Assembly (NCBI GenBank): GCA_965229215.1
Contig: OZ245864.1
Span: forward strand, 58,640 to 122,639
Length of the DNA: 64,000 bases
Direction of reading: 5' to 3'
Origin: Tagaea sp.
GTDB taxonomy: Bacteria; Pseudomonadota; Alphaproteobacteria; CACIAM-22H2
Part shown: positions 56,093 through 64,000 of the stretch, piece after piece
How the letters are laid out: each line of letters starts with the position of its first letter
Position numbering within the stretch: position 1 is the stretch's first letter
Made by a program: the position numbers and the translations under genes
Notes under the pieces: model-generated
The model's database searches: none
What the model was told of the DNA's origin: nothing
Seen by the model: only the letters and a program-made list of their open reading frames with translations

Positions 56093-58012
56093 ATGCAGTT
56101 TCACCTCGACGGTTTCGTGCCGGGCGATCCGGACATCGCCGATCCGGCGGCGCGCGCGGGCGAGGCGGCGGTGCCCGGCACGCTGCCCGCGCAGACCGAC
56201 GTGCTGATCGTGGGATGCGGACCGGCGGGGCTGACGCTCGCCGCACAGCTGTCGCGCTTCGCCGACATCGCGACCTGCATCGTCGAGCAGAAGCCCGACC
56301 GGCTGCTGCGCGGGCAGGCCGACGGCGTGGCCTGCCGGACGATGGAGATGTTCCAGGCTTTCGGCTTCGCCGAGCGCGTCGCGCGCGAGGCCTACTGGGT
56401 CAACGAGACGTCGTTCTGGAAGCCCGATCCCGCGCGGCCCGGGAACATCGCGCGCAGCGGGCGCATCCAGGACGTCGAGGATGGCCTTTCGGAATTTCCG
56501 CACGTCATCCTCAACCAGGCCCGAATCCACGATTTCTATCTCGACGTCATGCGCAATTCGCCCGCGCGGATCGAGCCGCGCTATTCGCGTCGCCTCGCGG
56601 GCCTCACGATCGACCGGACGGCGGCCTATCCGGTCGCGGCGACGCTGGCGCGTACCGACGCCGGGCACGAAGGCGAGACCGAGACCGTGCGCGCGCGCTA
56701 TGTCGTGGGCTGCGACGGCGCGCGCAGCGAGGTGCGCAGGGCCATCGGCCGCACGCTCGAAGGCGATTCCGCCAACCAGGCGTGGGGCGTCATGGACGTG
56801 CTCGCCGTCACCGACTTCCCCGACATCCGGCTCAAGTCGCTGATCCAGTCGGCGGGCGGGGGCGGCATCGTGCTGATCCCGCGCGAGGGTGGCTACATGG
56901 TGCGCATCTATGTCGAGCTCGACCGGCTCGACCCCAGCGAGCGCGTGGCCAACCGCCAGATCACCGTCGACCACCTGATCGACGCCGCGCGCAAGATCCT
57001 CCACCCCTACACGCTCGACGTGAAAGAAGTGGCGTGGTGGTCGGTCTACGAGATCGGCCAGCGCCTGTGCGCGCGCTTCGACGACCTTCCGGACGACGGC
57101 GCCGCGGACCTGCCCTGCGTGTTCATCGCGGGCGACGCCTGCCACACGCACAGCCCGAAGGCCGGGCAGGGCATGAACGTCTCGATGCAGGACGCGTTCA
57201 ATCTGGGCTGGAAGCTCGCCGCCGTGCTGCGCGGGCGGGCGCGGCCCGGGCTGCTGCGCAGCTATTCGGCCGAACGCCACGCGGTCGCACGCCAGCTGAT
57301 CGAATTCGACCGGGAATGGGCAAGCCTGCTGCACGCCGCCGCGCGCCCGCGTGCACCGGGCGAAGGCCCCGCGGTCGATCCCGCCGAAGTGCAGCGCTAT
57401 TTCGTCCAGCACGGCCGCTACACGGCGGGCACGGCGACGCGCTATGCGCCGTCGGTGCTCACCGGGCCTTCGACCCATCAGGGTCTCGCCACCGGCTTCG
57501 GGATCGGCACGCGCTTCCATTCGGCCCCGGTCATCCGCCTTGCGGACGCCAGGCCGATGCAGCTCGGCCACACGGTGACGGCCGACGGGCGCTGGCGCCT
57601 GATGGCGTTCGCGGATGCGGGCGACCCGGCCGCCGCCGGCTCGCGCCTGCGCGCGCTATGCGATTTCCTGTCGGCGGCGGCGAACTCGCCGCTGCGCCGT
57701 GCGGCAAAGGCGGGGGACGACATCGATGCCGCGATCGACGTGCGCGCGATCCTCCAGCAGGGCCATCGCGACATCGCGGTCGGATCGCTGCCGGCCCTGC
57801 TGCTGCCGGCGAAAGGCCGTTACGGCCTCGGCGACTACGAGAAGGTCTTCTGCCCCGATCCGGCGCCCGGACGGGACATCTTCGCGATGCGCGGCATCGA
57901 TCGCGCGCGGGGCGCGCTCGTCGTCGTGCGCCCCGATCAATATGTCGGCCACGTCCTGCCGCTCGACGGCACCGCGGAACTCGCGGCCTATTTCGACGGC
58001 TTCGCGCCCTAG
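56093..58012 (+). CDS. FAD-dependent aromatic-ring monooxygenase (phenol 2-monooxygenase-like, with C-terminal thioredoxin-like dimerisation domain)
   Basis: 639 aa from the ATG at 56093 (GGGGGAG SD). DVLIVGCGPAGL, GCDGARSEVRR, and GDACHTHSPKAGQGMN motifs. Confidence 0.8.
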   Translation: MQFHLDGFVPGDPDIADPAARAGEAAVPGTLPAQTDVLIVGCGPAGLTLAAQLSRFADIATCIVEQKPDRLLRGQADGVACRTMEMFQAFGFAERVAREAYWVNETSFWKPDPARPGNIARSGRIQDVEDGLSEFPHVILNQARIHDFYLDVMRNSPARIEPRYSRRLAGLTIDRTAAYPVAATLARTDAGHEGETETVRARYVVGCDGARSEVRRAIGRTLEGDSANQAWGVMDVLAVTDFPDIRLKSLIQSAGGGGIVLIPREGGYMVRIYVELDRLDPSERVANRQITVDHLIDAARKILHPYTLDVKEVAWWSVYEIGQRLCARFDDLPDDGAADLPCVFIAGDACHTHSPKAGQGMNVSMQDAFNLGWKLAAVLRGRARPGLLRSYSAERHAVARQLIEFDREWASLLHAAARPRAPGEGPAVDPAEVQRYFVQHGRYTAGTATRYAPSVLTGPSTHQGLATGFGIGTRFHSAPVIRLADARPMQLGHTVTADGRWRLMAFADAGDPAAAGSRLRALCDFLSAAANSPLRRAAKAGDDIDAAIDVRAILQQGHRDIAVGSLPALLLPAKGRYGLGDYEKVFCPDPAPGRDIFAMRGIDRARGALVVVRPDQYVGHVLPLDGTAELAAYFDGFAP

Positions 58013-59370
58013 CCCTGCCGCACCCGCTCGGGCGGGAAGTGCAGGTGGACCGTCGTGCCGCGGCCCGGCGCGCTTTCGATGCGCGCGGTGCCGCCATGCG
58101 CCTCGACGAGGCCCTTCACGATGGGAAGGCCGAGGCCGCTGCCCTCGATGCCGGCACTGTTCGCGCTGCGCGCGAAGGGCTCGAACAGCGCGGCCGGTTC
58201 GACGCCCGAAATGCCCGGCCCGTCGTCGGAGATGACGATGTCCGCGCCCGCCTCGCCGACGCCGACGCGCACCTCGACATGGCCGTCCTTGCGCCCGAAC
58301 TTCGCCGCGTTGCCCAGCACGTTGATCAGGATCTGGCGCAGGTGGCGCGGATCGGCATGCAGGCGCAGCGGCACGGGCGTGTGCAGCGCCACGCGGATGC
58401 GGCGGGATTCCAGGGGCGCCTGCAGGATGGCGAGCGCCTCGTGCAGGGCCGTGGCGACGTCGACGTCGCGCGGCTCCACCGTCACCTTGCGCGCCTCGAT
58501 GCGCGCGAGGTCGAGAAGCTCGTCGCTGAGTTCCACCACGTGTCCGGCCGCCGTCAGGATGTGGCCGGCCTGCGTGCGCGTCTGCTCGTCCTTCGACGTC
58601 TCGCGGATCAGGTCGGCGAAGCCGGCGACCGCGCCCAGCGGCGTTCGCACCTCGTGCGCGAGGCGGCGCAGGAACTCCGATTTCGCGTCGCTGGCGCTCT
58701 GCTGCTCGGCCAGCGCCGCCGCCAGCAGCGCCTGCGCGCGTTCGCCCGTCATCGCCAGCAGCGAGACGATCCACAGCGGCGCGAAGAACACCTGCAGGAC
58801 GAGGAAGACGACCTGCAGCGTGTCGGGCTGCATGAAGTCTTCGCCGGGTGGGAAGATCTGCGTGAGGACCGCGCGCGCGACGAACAGCGTGGCCTGCGTG
58901 CCCAGCAGCCCGGTGGCGAACAGGCGCGAGGGCAGTGCGCGGTCGCGCGCGAGGTCGCGCACCGTCAGCGCGCACAGCCCCGCGCCGACGAGCGAAACGA
59001 AACCGATGCGCGCCGTGAGGCCGGCGCCCTGGACGAACATCGCCCCGAAGGCCGATGCGAACACCGCGAGGATCGCCAGCGCCTGGCGCAGCGGGACGGG
59101 CCGCCCGTCGAAGGCGCGCAGGCCCAGCCACACGGTGAGGTAGGTCGACGCGATGGCCGTGTTGGCGAGCCAGATCGACATCCAGTCCGGCAGCACGCCG
59201 CGCCCGACGATCAGCAGGATCCCGAGCACGCCCTGCACGGCGGCGGCCGTCCACCAGCGCATCGACACGTCGCCCGGCCGCCGGCGTGCGGTCAGCACGA
59301 GCTGGAGCGCCAGCCCCATGGTGACGAGGAGCAGGACGAAGATGATGGAGCGGGGGTCGAGACTGAACAT
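58009..59370 (-). CDS. membrane sensor histidine kinase (orphan; no response regulator adjacent)
   Basis: 453 aa. About six N-terminal TM segments, an H-box FLRRLAHEVRTPL, and HATPase motifs (NVLGNAAKF, DDGPGI, GSGLGLPIV). Confidence 0.85.
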   Translation of the reverse strand: MFSLDPRSIIFVLLLVTMGLALQLVLTARRRPGDVSMRWWTAAAVQGVLGILLIVGRGVLPDWMSIWLANTAIASTYLTVWLGLRAFDGRPVPLRQALAILAVFASAFGAMFVQGAGLTARIGFVSLVGAGLCALTVRDLARDRALPSRLFATGLLGTQATLFVARAVLTQIFPPGEDFMQPDTLQVVFLVLQVFFAPLWIVSLLAMTGERAQALLAAALAEQQSASDAKSEFLRRLAHEVRTPLGAVAGFADLIRETSKDEQTRTQAGHILTAAGHVVELSDELLDLARIEARKVTVEPRDVDVATALHEALAILQAPLESRRIRVALHTPVPLRLHADPRHLRQILINVLGNAAKFGRKDGHVEVRVGVGEAGADIVISDDGPGISGVEPAALFEPFARSANSAGIEGSGLGLPIVKGLVEAHGGTARIESAPGRGTTVHLHFPPERVRQG

Positions 59371-59432
59371 CTGGGGCCAGTATTTACCGCGTGAAGGTAA
59401 AGAATTTCTATGGCGGCATCTCTACCCACACC

Positions 59433-59460
59433 GTCATGCCCGGCATTCGCCGGGCATGAC
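59433..59460. repeat. REP-like 28-bp palindrome GTCATGCCCGGC-ATTC-GCCGGGCATGAC (copy 2)
   Basis: Identical to 53197..53224. Lies between the kinase start and the peptidase stop. Confidence 0.85.
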
Positions 59461-59474
59461 GTCGAGAGTGAGGG

Positions 59475-60626
59475 CTAGCGCGAAACCAGCGCCATCGGCC
59501 GGGCGGACAGCACCTCGTTGCCGCCCGGCGTGACCCGTACGGTGGCGCCGGGGCACATCGCGGTGCCGGTTTTCGAATCCATCAGGATCATGTGGAGGAA
59601 GAAGACCATGTCGGGTTCCGCGATCGCCGGGTTGCCGGCGTAGAACATCGGCCAGTCCATCCAGTTGGGCGCGAAGGTGGTGCCCAGCGAATAGCCGCAG
59701 GCGTTGAGCCGGTGTTCGCCCATGCCGGCTTCATCGCAGGTGCGGGCATAGGCCTCGAACACCTTGCCGATGGGCTCGCCGGGCTTGAGCGCCGCGCGGC
59801 ACGCCTCGAACGCGTCGAGGCAGACTTCATGCATGCGCTTGTGCAGTTCCTCGACCCGGCCGACCGGGATCGTGCGCATCAGGCAGGCATGGTAGTGGCG
59901 GTGGACGCCCGCGAATTCCAGCGTGATCTGGTCCTGCGCGGCCAGATGCTTGCGGCCGCTGAAATAGCGGCACAGCAGCGCGTCGCGCCCCGAGCCGATG
60001 ATGAATTCGTTCGCCGGATCGTCGCCGCCGCCGCGATAGATGGCCCCGTGCATCGCGGCGAGGATGTCGCCCTCGAACGCGCCGGGCGCGATGGTCGCGT
60101 GCGCGGCATCGAGCGCCTCGTCGGCCAGCACGGCCGCGCGGCGTACATGTTCTATCTCGGCCGCACTCTTCACCACGCGCAGGCGCGTCACCAGGTCCGA
60201 TGCGTCGACCAGCTTGGCGAAGCCGTCGAACGCGGCTTCCAGCTTGCGGCCGTTGGCGTGGGTCAGGCCGTAGGCGTCGTATTCGGCCCCCAGCTTGCGC
60301 CCGGCAAGGCCGAATTCGGCAAGGATGGCGCGCAGGTCTTTCGCCGGTTCCGCCCCGTCGCGATCGACCCAGATGCGGATGTCGTCGAGGGTGGAGGTGT
60401 GGCGCGCCTGGCGCAGGTCGGGGGCGCGCGTCAGCAGCATCGTGCGCCCGTCGGCCCCCAGATAGAGGCACTGGAAGAACACGTAGCCGAACGTGTCGTA
60501 GCCGGTGAGATAGTACATGCTCTCCTGGCGGAACATCAGCAGCCCGTCGAGGCCGCGCGCCTGCAGGGATGCTGCGGCACGGGCGCGGCGGTTGGCGAAT
60601 TCCTCGGGTGCGAAATGCAGGGCCAT
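59475..60626 (-). CDS. M24-family protein (Xaa-Pro peptidase / creatinase / ectoine-hydrolase-like)
   Basis: 383 aa. Creatinase-type N-domain (...GLDGLLMFRQESMYYLTGYDT...) and a pita-bread C-domain. I could not confirm the metal ligands by eye. Confidence 0.7.
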   Translation of the reverse strand: MALHFAPEEFANRRARAAASLQARGLDGLLMFRQESMYYLTGYDTFGYVFFQCLYLGADGRTMLLTRAPDLRQARHTSTLDDIRIWVDRDGAEPAKDLRAILAEFGLAGRKLGAEYDAYGLTHANGRKLEAAFDGFAKLVDASDLVTRLRVVKSAAEIEHVRRAAVLADEALDAAHATIAPGAFEGDILAAMHGAIYRGGGDDPANEFIIGSGRDALLCRYFSGRKHLAAQDQITLEFAGVHRHYHACLMRTIPVGRVEELHKRMHEVCLDAFEACRAALKPGEPIGKVFEAYARTCDEAGMGEHRLNACGYSLGTTFAPNWMDWPMFYAGNPAIAEPDMVFFLHMILMDSKTGTAMCPGATVRVTPGGNEVLSARPMALVSR

Positions 60627-60688
60627 GCGCTTGTCTCCTCGAAGGCAACTCTAGCGGCCCTGCAAGGATCGCGCTATCAAGGCCGGAG

Positions 60689-61780
60689 ATGAAAATCGCC
60701 TTCGTCAATCCGAACCTCGCGCACGACTACGACGTGGAAACGCCGTTCGAGGCCCCGCTGCCCGGCTCGGAATCGGCGCAGGTGTACCTCGCCTATGCGA
60801 TGGCCAAGCGCGGGCACGAGGTGGCCGTCTTCACCGGCACCACGCGGCCGGGCACGAAGCGCGGGCTGGTGCAGGAACGCTGGCAGGGCAGCCTGCCCGG
60901 CGGTTTCGACGCGATCTTCCTCACCTCCGCCGCCGATCACGTCGCGCCGTTGCGTGCCGCGCACGGCGACACGCCGATCTGGGCCTGGCAGCACAACGTG
61001 TTCGTGCCGGGGACGGAGGAGGAGACGGCGCTGAAGGCGCTGACCCATCCGCGCGACCGGATCGTGTGCGTCAGCGGCTGGCACAAGGCGAACTATGTGG
61101 CGCACGGCATCGACCGCGACCGGATCGACGTGCTGCGCAACGCCATCGGCCCGCGCTTCGAGACGCTGTTCGCGCCGGGCGAGAGCATCGTCAACCACAA
61201 GAAGGCGCGCGCGGCCTTCACGTCCGTTCCCTACAAGGGCCTCAAGCAGGCGCTCGCCTTCTTCAAGACGCTGCGCGCCAAACGGCCCGAGCTGGTGCTC
61301 GACGTGTTCTCCAGCTTCGATTTCTATCCGCCCAACAACCTGTTCCGCCACCAGACGAGCTGGATGCTGCTGGCGACCGAGGCGAAAACCTCGCCCGGCG
61401 TCGCGTATCACGGCAACGTGCCGCAGGCTGCGCTCGCCGACGCGCTGAAGAAGTCGCTGCTGCTCTTCTATCCAAACGTCGCGTCGGAAACCTCGTCGAT
61501 CGCGGTGATGGAGGCGATGGCGGCGGGCTGCGTGGTGGTGACGACCGCGCTGGGCGCCCTGCCGGAAACGGTCGGCGAGCACGGCATCCTCGCGCCCGTC
61601 GTCGGCAACAACATCGACCCCGACGCCTACGTGAATTCCGCCACCGCCATCGCCGAAGCCTTCATCGCCGGCAACCCGGCGCTGGACGCCCGCCTGCGCC
61701 TGCAGGTCGACTGGACGGTCGCGAACTACCGCTGGGACATCCGCGCCGCCGAGTGCGAGGCATTGATCAAGGGGAGTTGA
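60689..61780 (+). CDS. glycosyltransferase, GT4-like (group 1)
   Basis: 363 aa from the ATG at 60689 (MKIAFVNPNL...). E-x7-E motif ETSSIAVMEAMAAG. Confidence 0.75.
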   Translation: MKIAFVNPNLAHDYDVETPFEAPLPGSESAQVYLAYAMAKRGHEVAVFTGTTRPGTKRGLVQERWQGSLPGGFDAIFLTSAADHVAPLRAAHGDTPIWAWQHNVFVPGTEEETALKALTHPRDRIVCVSGWHKANYVAHGIDRDRIDVLRNAIGPRFETLFAPGESIVNHKKARAAFTSVPYKGLKQALAFFKTLRAKRPELVLDVFSSFDFYPPNNLFRHQTSWMLLATEAKTSPGVAYHGNVPQAALADALKKSLLLFYPNVASETSSIAVMEAMAAGCVVVTTALGALPETVGEHGILAPVVGNNIDPDAYVNSATAIAEAFIAGNPALDARLRLQVDWTVANYRWDIRAAECEALIKGS

Positions 61781-61789
61781 TTTTTTACC

Positions 61790-61806
61790 GTCATGCCCGG
61801 GCTTGA
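61790..61806. repeat. left fragment of a composite REP-like element interrupted by the IS (GTCATGCCCGGG + CTTGA)
   Basis: ATGCCCGGG (61793-61801) is the exact complement of CCCGGGCAT at 63088-63096. CTTGA (61802-61806) is duplicated at 63083-63087. Confidence 0.75.
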
Positions 61807-63082
61807 TGTTCAGCCCGGAGAGATAGCTGACACCCGTTCGGAGACATGGTTGACAGGTCCACGGCACAACCGTGGAGGGTTAACCGATGTCCTGGCGGGA
61901 GACGACGCGGATGACGGAGCGCAAGGAGTTCGTGGCGCTGGCACAGGTGCCGGGTGCGAAGCGGCGGGATCTGTGCAGACGGTTCGGGATCAGCGCGCAG
62001 ACCGGCTACAAGTGGCTGGCGCGCGCGCGGGCGGGCGGCGCGGACTGGGCGCAGGACCGCTCGCGCCGGCCGCATTGCAGTCCGGGCCGGCTGGAAGGAG
62101 CGGCGGAAGCGGCGATCCTGGCGGTCCGCGACGCGCATCCGGCGTGGGGTGCGCGCAAGATCGCGGCGTGTCTGGGGCGCGAAGGACTGGCCGTTCCGGC
62201 GGCATCGACGGTCCATGCGGTTCTGGTGCGGCACGGCCGGATCGTGGCGGACCCGCAGGCTTCGGGCGGGGCACCCGGCCGCTTCGAGCATGCCGCGCCG
62301 AACCTGATGTGGCAGATGGACTTCAAGGGCTGGGTGGTGCTGGGCGACGGGCAGCGCTGCCATCCGCTGACGGCGGTCGACGACCACTCGCGCTACCTGC
62401 TGTGCCTGTCGGCGTGCGCGGACCAGCGCCGGGAGAGCGTGCAGCCGCGCCTCGAAGCGATGTTCAGGCGTTACGGGCTTCCGGGCGCGCTGCTGGTCGA
62501 CAACGGCACGCCGTGGGGCGACGGGCCGAACCGGGCGTGGACACGGCTCGGCGTCTGGCTGCTGAAGCTCGACGTCGAACTCGTGCACAGCCGCCCCTAC
62601 CATCCGCAGACGCGCGGCAAGAACGAGCGGCTGCATCGGACGCTGAACGCCGAGCTGCTGGCGCGGGTGCGGCTGCGCGATCTCGCCGACGCCCAACGCC
62701 ACTTCGACCGTTGGCGGCCGGTCTACAACACGATCCGGCCGCACGAAGCGCTCGGCCAGCAGGTGCCGGCAAGCCGATATGTTCCGAGCCCGCGCGCGAT
62801 GCCCGACCGGCTGCCGCAGATCGAGTATCCGCCGGGCGAAGTGCTGCGCACCGTCGGCACGACGAAGGCCTACGTCAGCTACAGGGGCCGCCTGTGGAAC
62901 GTGCCCGGCGCCTTCGCCGGCGAGCGCGTTGCCATCCGGCCGATCGAGCGCGACGGCCGCTTCGGCGTCTTCTTCGGCGCACGCAAGATTGCAGACATCG
63001 ATCTCAACGAACACAGCGCAAACGGCTAGAATGCGTCAGCCATGTCTCCGAACACACGTCAACCATGTCTCCGGGCTGAACA
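61807..63082 (+). mobile_element. IS481-family insertion sequence (1276 bp) with terminal inverted repeats and a 5-bp target duplication CTTGA
   Basis: IRL TGTTCAGCCCGGAGA (61807-61821) is the perfect reverse complement of IRR (63068-63082). The imperfect match extends to about 50 bp, with a repeated GGAGACATGG(T/C)TGAC motif. CTTGA flanks both sides. Confidence 0.85.
61887..63029 (+). CDS. IS481-family DDE transposase
   Basis: 380 aa. N-terminal HTH (...RRDLCRRFGISAQTGYKWLAR...). The rve-type core carries WQMDFKG, LLVDNGTPW and RPYHPQTRGKNERLHRTL. GGAGGG SD. Confidence 0.88.
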   Translation: MSWRETTRMTERKEFVALAQVPGAKRRDLCRRFGISAQTGYKWLARARAGGADWAQDRSRRPHCSPGRLEGAAEAAILAVRDAHPAWGARKIAACLGREGLAVPAASTVHAVLVRHGRIVADPQASGGAPGRFEHAAPNLMWQMDFKGWVVLGDGQRCHPLTAVDDHSRYLLCLSACADQRRESVQPRLEAMFRRYGLPGALLVDNGTPWGDGPNRAWTRLGVWLLKLDVELVHSRPYHPQTRGKNERLHRTLNAELLARVRLRDLADAQRHFDRWRPVYNTIRPHEALGQQVPASRYVPSPRAMPDRLPQIEYPPGEVLRTVGTTKAYVSYRGRLWNVPGAFAGERVAIRPIERDGRFGVFFGARKIADIDLNEHSANG

Positions 63083-63165
63083 CTTGACCCGGGCATCCAC
63101 GACTTGATCGTCGAGCACCGCAAATCACAAAAATCGTGGACCCCCGGGTCAAGCCCGGGGGTGAC
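63083..63165. repeat. right fragment of the interrupted composite REP-like element
   Basis: CTTGA-CCCGGGCAT-CCACGA...TCGTGG-ACCCCCGGG-TCAAG-CCCGGGGGT-GAC. The reverse complement aligns closely with 55945..56033. A further half-site GCCCGGGCATGAC lies at 63182-63194. Confidence 0.75.
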
Positions 63166-63260
63166 GGATAAAACGAGAGAAGCCCGGGCATGACGGGAAA
63201 AGAAAATCGTTTCGGCCGTGACCGAAACGTCGTCGCGCATTCTCCGCTATACTGGCACCC

Positions 63261-63971
63261 ATGAAAGAAGGCCCCGACATTGCCGGACTCGCCGCGCTGA
63301 TCGGCGATCCCGCGCGCGCGAACATGCTGGGTGCGCTGATGGCCGGCAAGGCGCTGACGGCGGGCGAGCTGGCGCGCGAGGCGGGTGTCACGCCGCAGAC
63401 CGCGAGCGGGCATCTTTCGCGTCTTGTCGATGCGAGCCTGCTGCTGGTCGAGGTGCAGGGCCGCCACCGGTATTACCGCATCGCCGGGCCCGACGTGGCC
63501 GAGGCGCTGGAAACGCTCGACGTGCTCGCCGCGCGCACCGGCCGCGTGCGCGTGCGCCCCGGCCCGCGCGACGCGGCGATGCGCGAGGCGCGGCGCTGCT
63601 ACGACCATCTGGCCGGCACGCGCGGCGTCATGCTGTTCGACGCGCTGGTGCGCAACGGCGACATCGTGCAGGGCGCCGACGGGCTGGTGCCCAGTGCCAC
63701 CGGCCGCGCGCGCTTCGTCGCCGAAGGCATCGACATGGATGCCATCGAGGCGCGCCGCCGGCCGGTGTGCCGCGCCTGCCTCGACTGGAGCGAACGGCGC
63801 GCGCATCTCGCGGGCTCGCTGGGCGCGGCGCTGATGGCGCTGTTCATCCAGCGCGGCTGGGCGAAGCTCGATGCCAGGAGCCGGGCGCTCGTTTTCACCG
63901 ACAAGGGCCGCGCGGCGTTCGATGCATTCCTTCGGCCGCCAGCGAAACAACGCACGGCCGCGCGCGGCTAG
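63261..63971 (+). CDS. ArsR/SmtB-family winged-helix regulator with Cys-containing C-terminal domain
   Basis: 236 aa. ...GDPARANMLGALMAGKALTAGELAREAGVTPQTASGHLSRLVDASLL...GRHRYYRI... is an ArsR HTH. The C-terminal half has CYDHLAG / C..C / AHLAG repeats. Confidence 0.8.
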   Translation: MKEGPDIAGLAALIGDPARANMLGALMAGKALTAGELAREAGVTPQTASGHLSRLVDASLLLVEVQGRHRYYRIAGPDVAEALETLDVLAARTGRVRVRPGPRDAAMREARRCYDHLAGTRGVMLFDALVRNGDIVQGADGLVPSATGRARFVAEGIDMDAIEARRRPVCRACLDWSERRAHLAGSLGAALMALFIQRGWAKLDARSRALVFTDKGRAAFDAFLRPPAKQRTAARG

Positions 63972-64000
63972 TCTTTCTCCATCGCTTCAACGCAGGAGAA

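Noticed and set aside
56005-59394. 1129-aa plus-strand ORF overlapping the monooxygenase (other frame) and antisense to the histidine kinase
   Set aside because: Arg/Gly/Ala/Pro-rich nonsense translation. The real genes in this interval (56093..58012 plus, 58009..59370 minus) carry canonical FAD and H-box/HATPase motifs.

Overview
GC-rich, densely coding chromosomal segment of alphaproteobacterial type. Supporting this: a HemA-type 5-aminolevulinate synthase, a short Caulobacter-like flagellin, a mitochondrial-type cytochrome c, and REP-like GTCATGCCCGGC... palindromes. I call about 60 protein genes, and many are joined by 4-nt ATGA/GTGA overlaps. Content in window order: carbonic anhydrase (truncated); LysR plus a QuiC-type dehydroshikimate dehydratase; two MFS genes and an AcpA-type phosphatase. 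Then a complete Dpp/Opp-type ABC operon; cytochrome c; an MCP; a peroxiredoxin plus a cysteine-dioxygenase-like cupin. Then pxpBCA (5-oxoprolinase), hutD, and an AtzG-like/AtzE-like amidase pair; a DEAD-box helicase; a P450 plus a membrane-anchored TAXI-type binding protein. Then a chemosensory module: cheA with fused receiver, cheW, an output-less PAS protein, a 372-aa unknown and a CheZ-like phosphatase. Then an amine-catabolism-like operon (class III aminotransferase, glutamine-synthetase-like enzyme, aldehyde and Fe-alcohol dehydrogenases) with hemA and a coupled lipoprotein inside it. Then two incomplete but complementary ABC gene sets; ilvA, manC, a tandem USP and pyrE; an isolated flagellin gene with a full sigma-54-type upstream architecture. 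Finally a crotonase/CoA-transferase pair, an orphan HTH gene, an FAD monooxygenase, an orphan histidine kinase, an M24 peptidase, a glycosyltransferase, an IS481-family element and an ArsR-type regulator. I saw no rRNA, tRNA or CRISPR array. I recognise no defence, toxin or secretion system. The best candidates for something undescribed are the cheA-REC / PAS / unknown / CheZ-like module and several non-coding motif arrays. The last 11 kb is enriched in a composite REP-like element, one copy of which is split exactly in a hairpin loop by the IS. All family assignments come from reading the translations by eye. No searches were run, and start codons are chosen by RBS and frame inspection.
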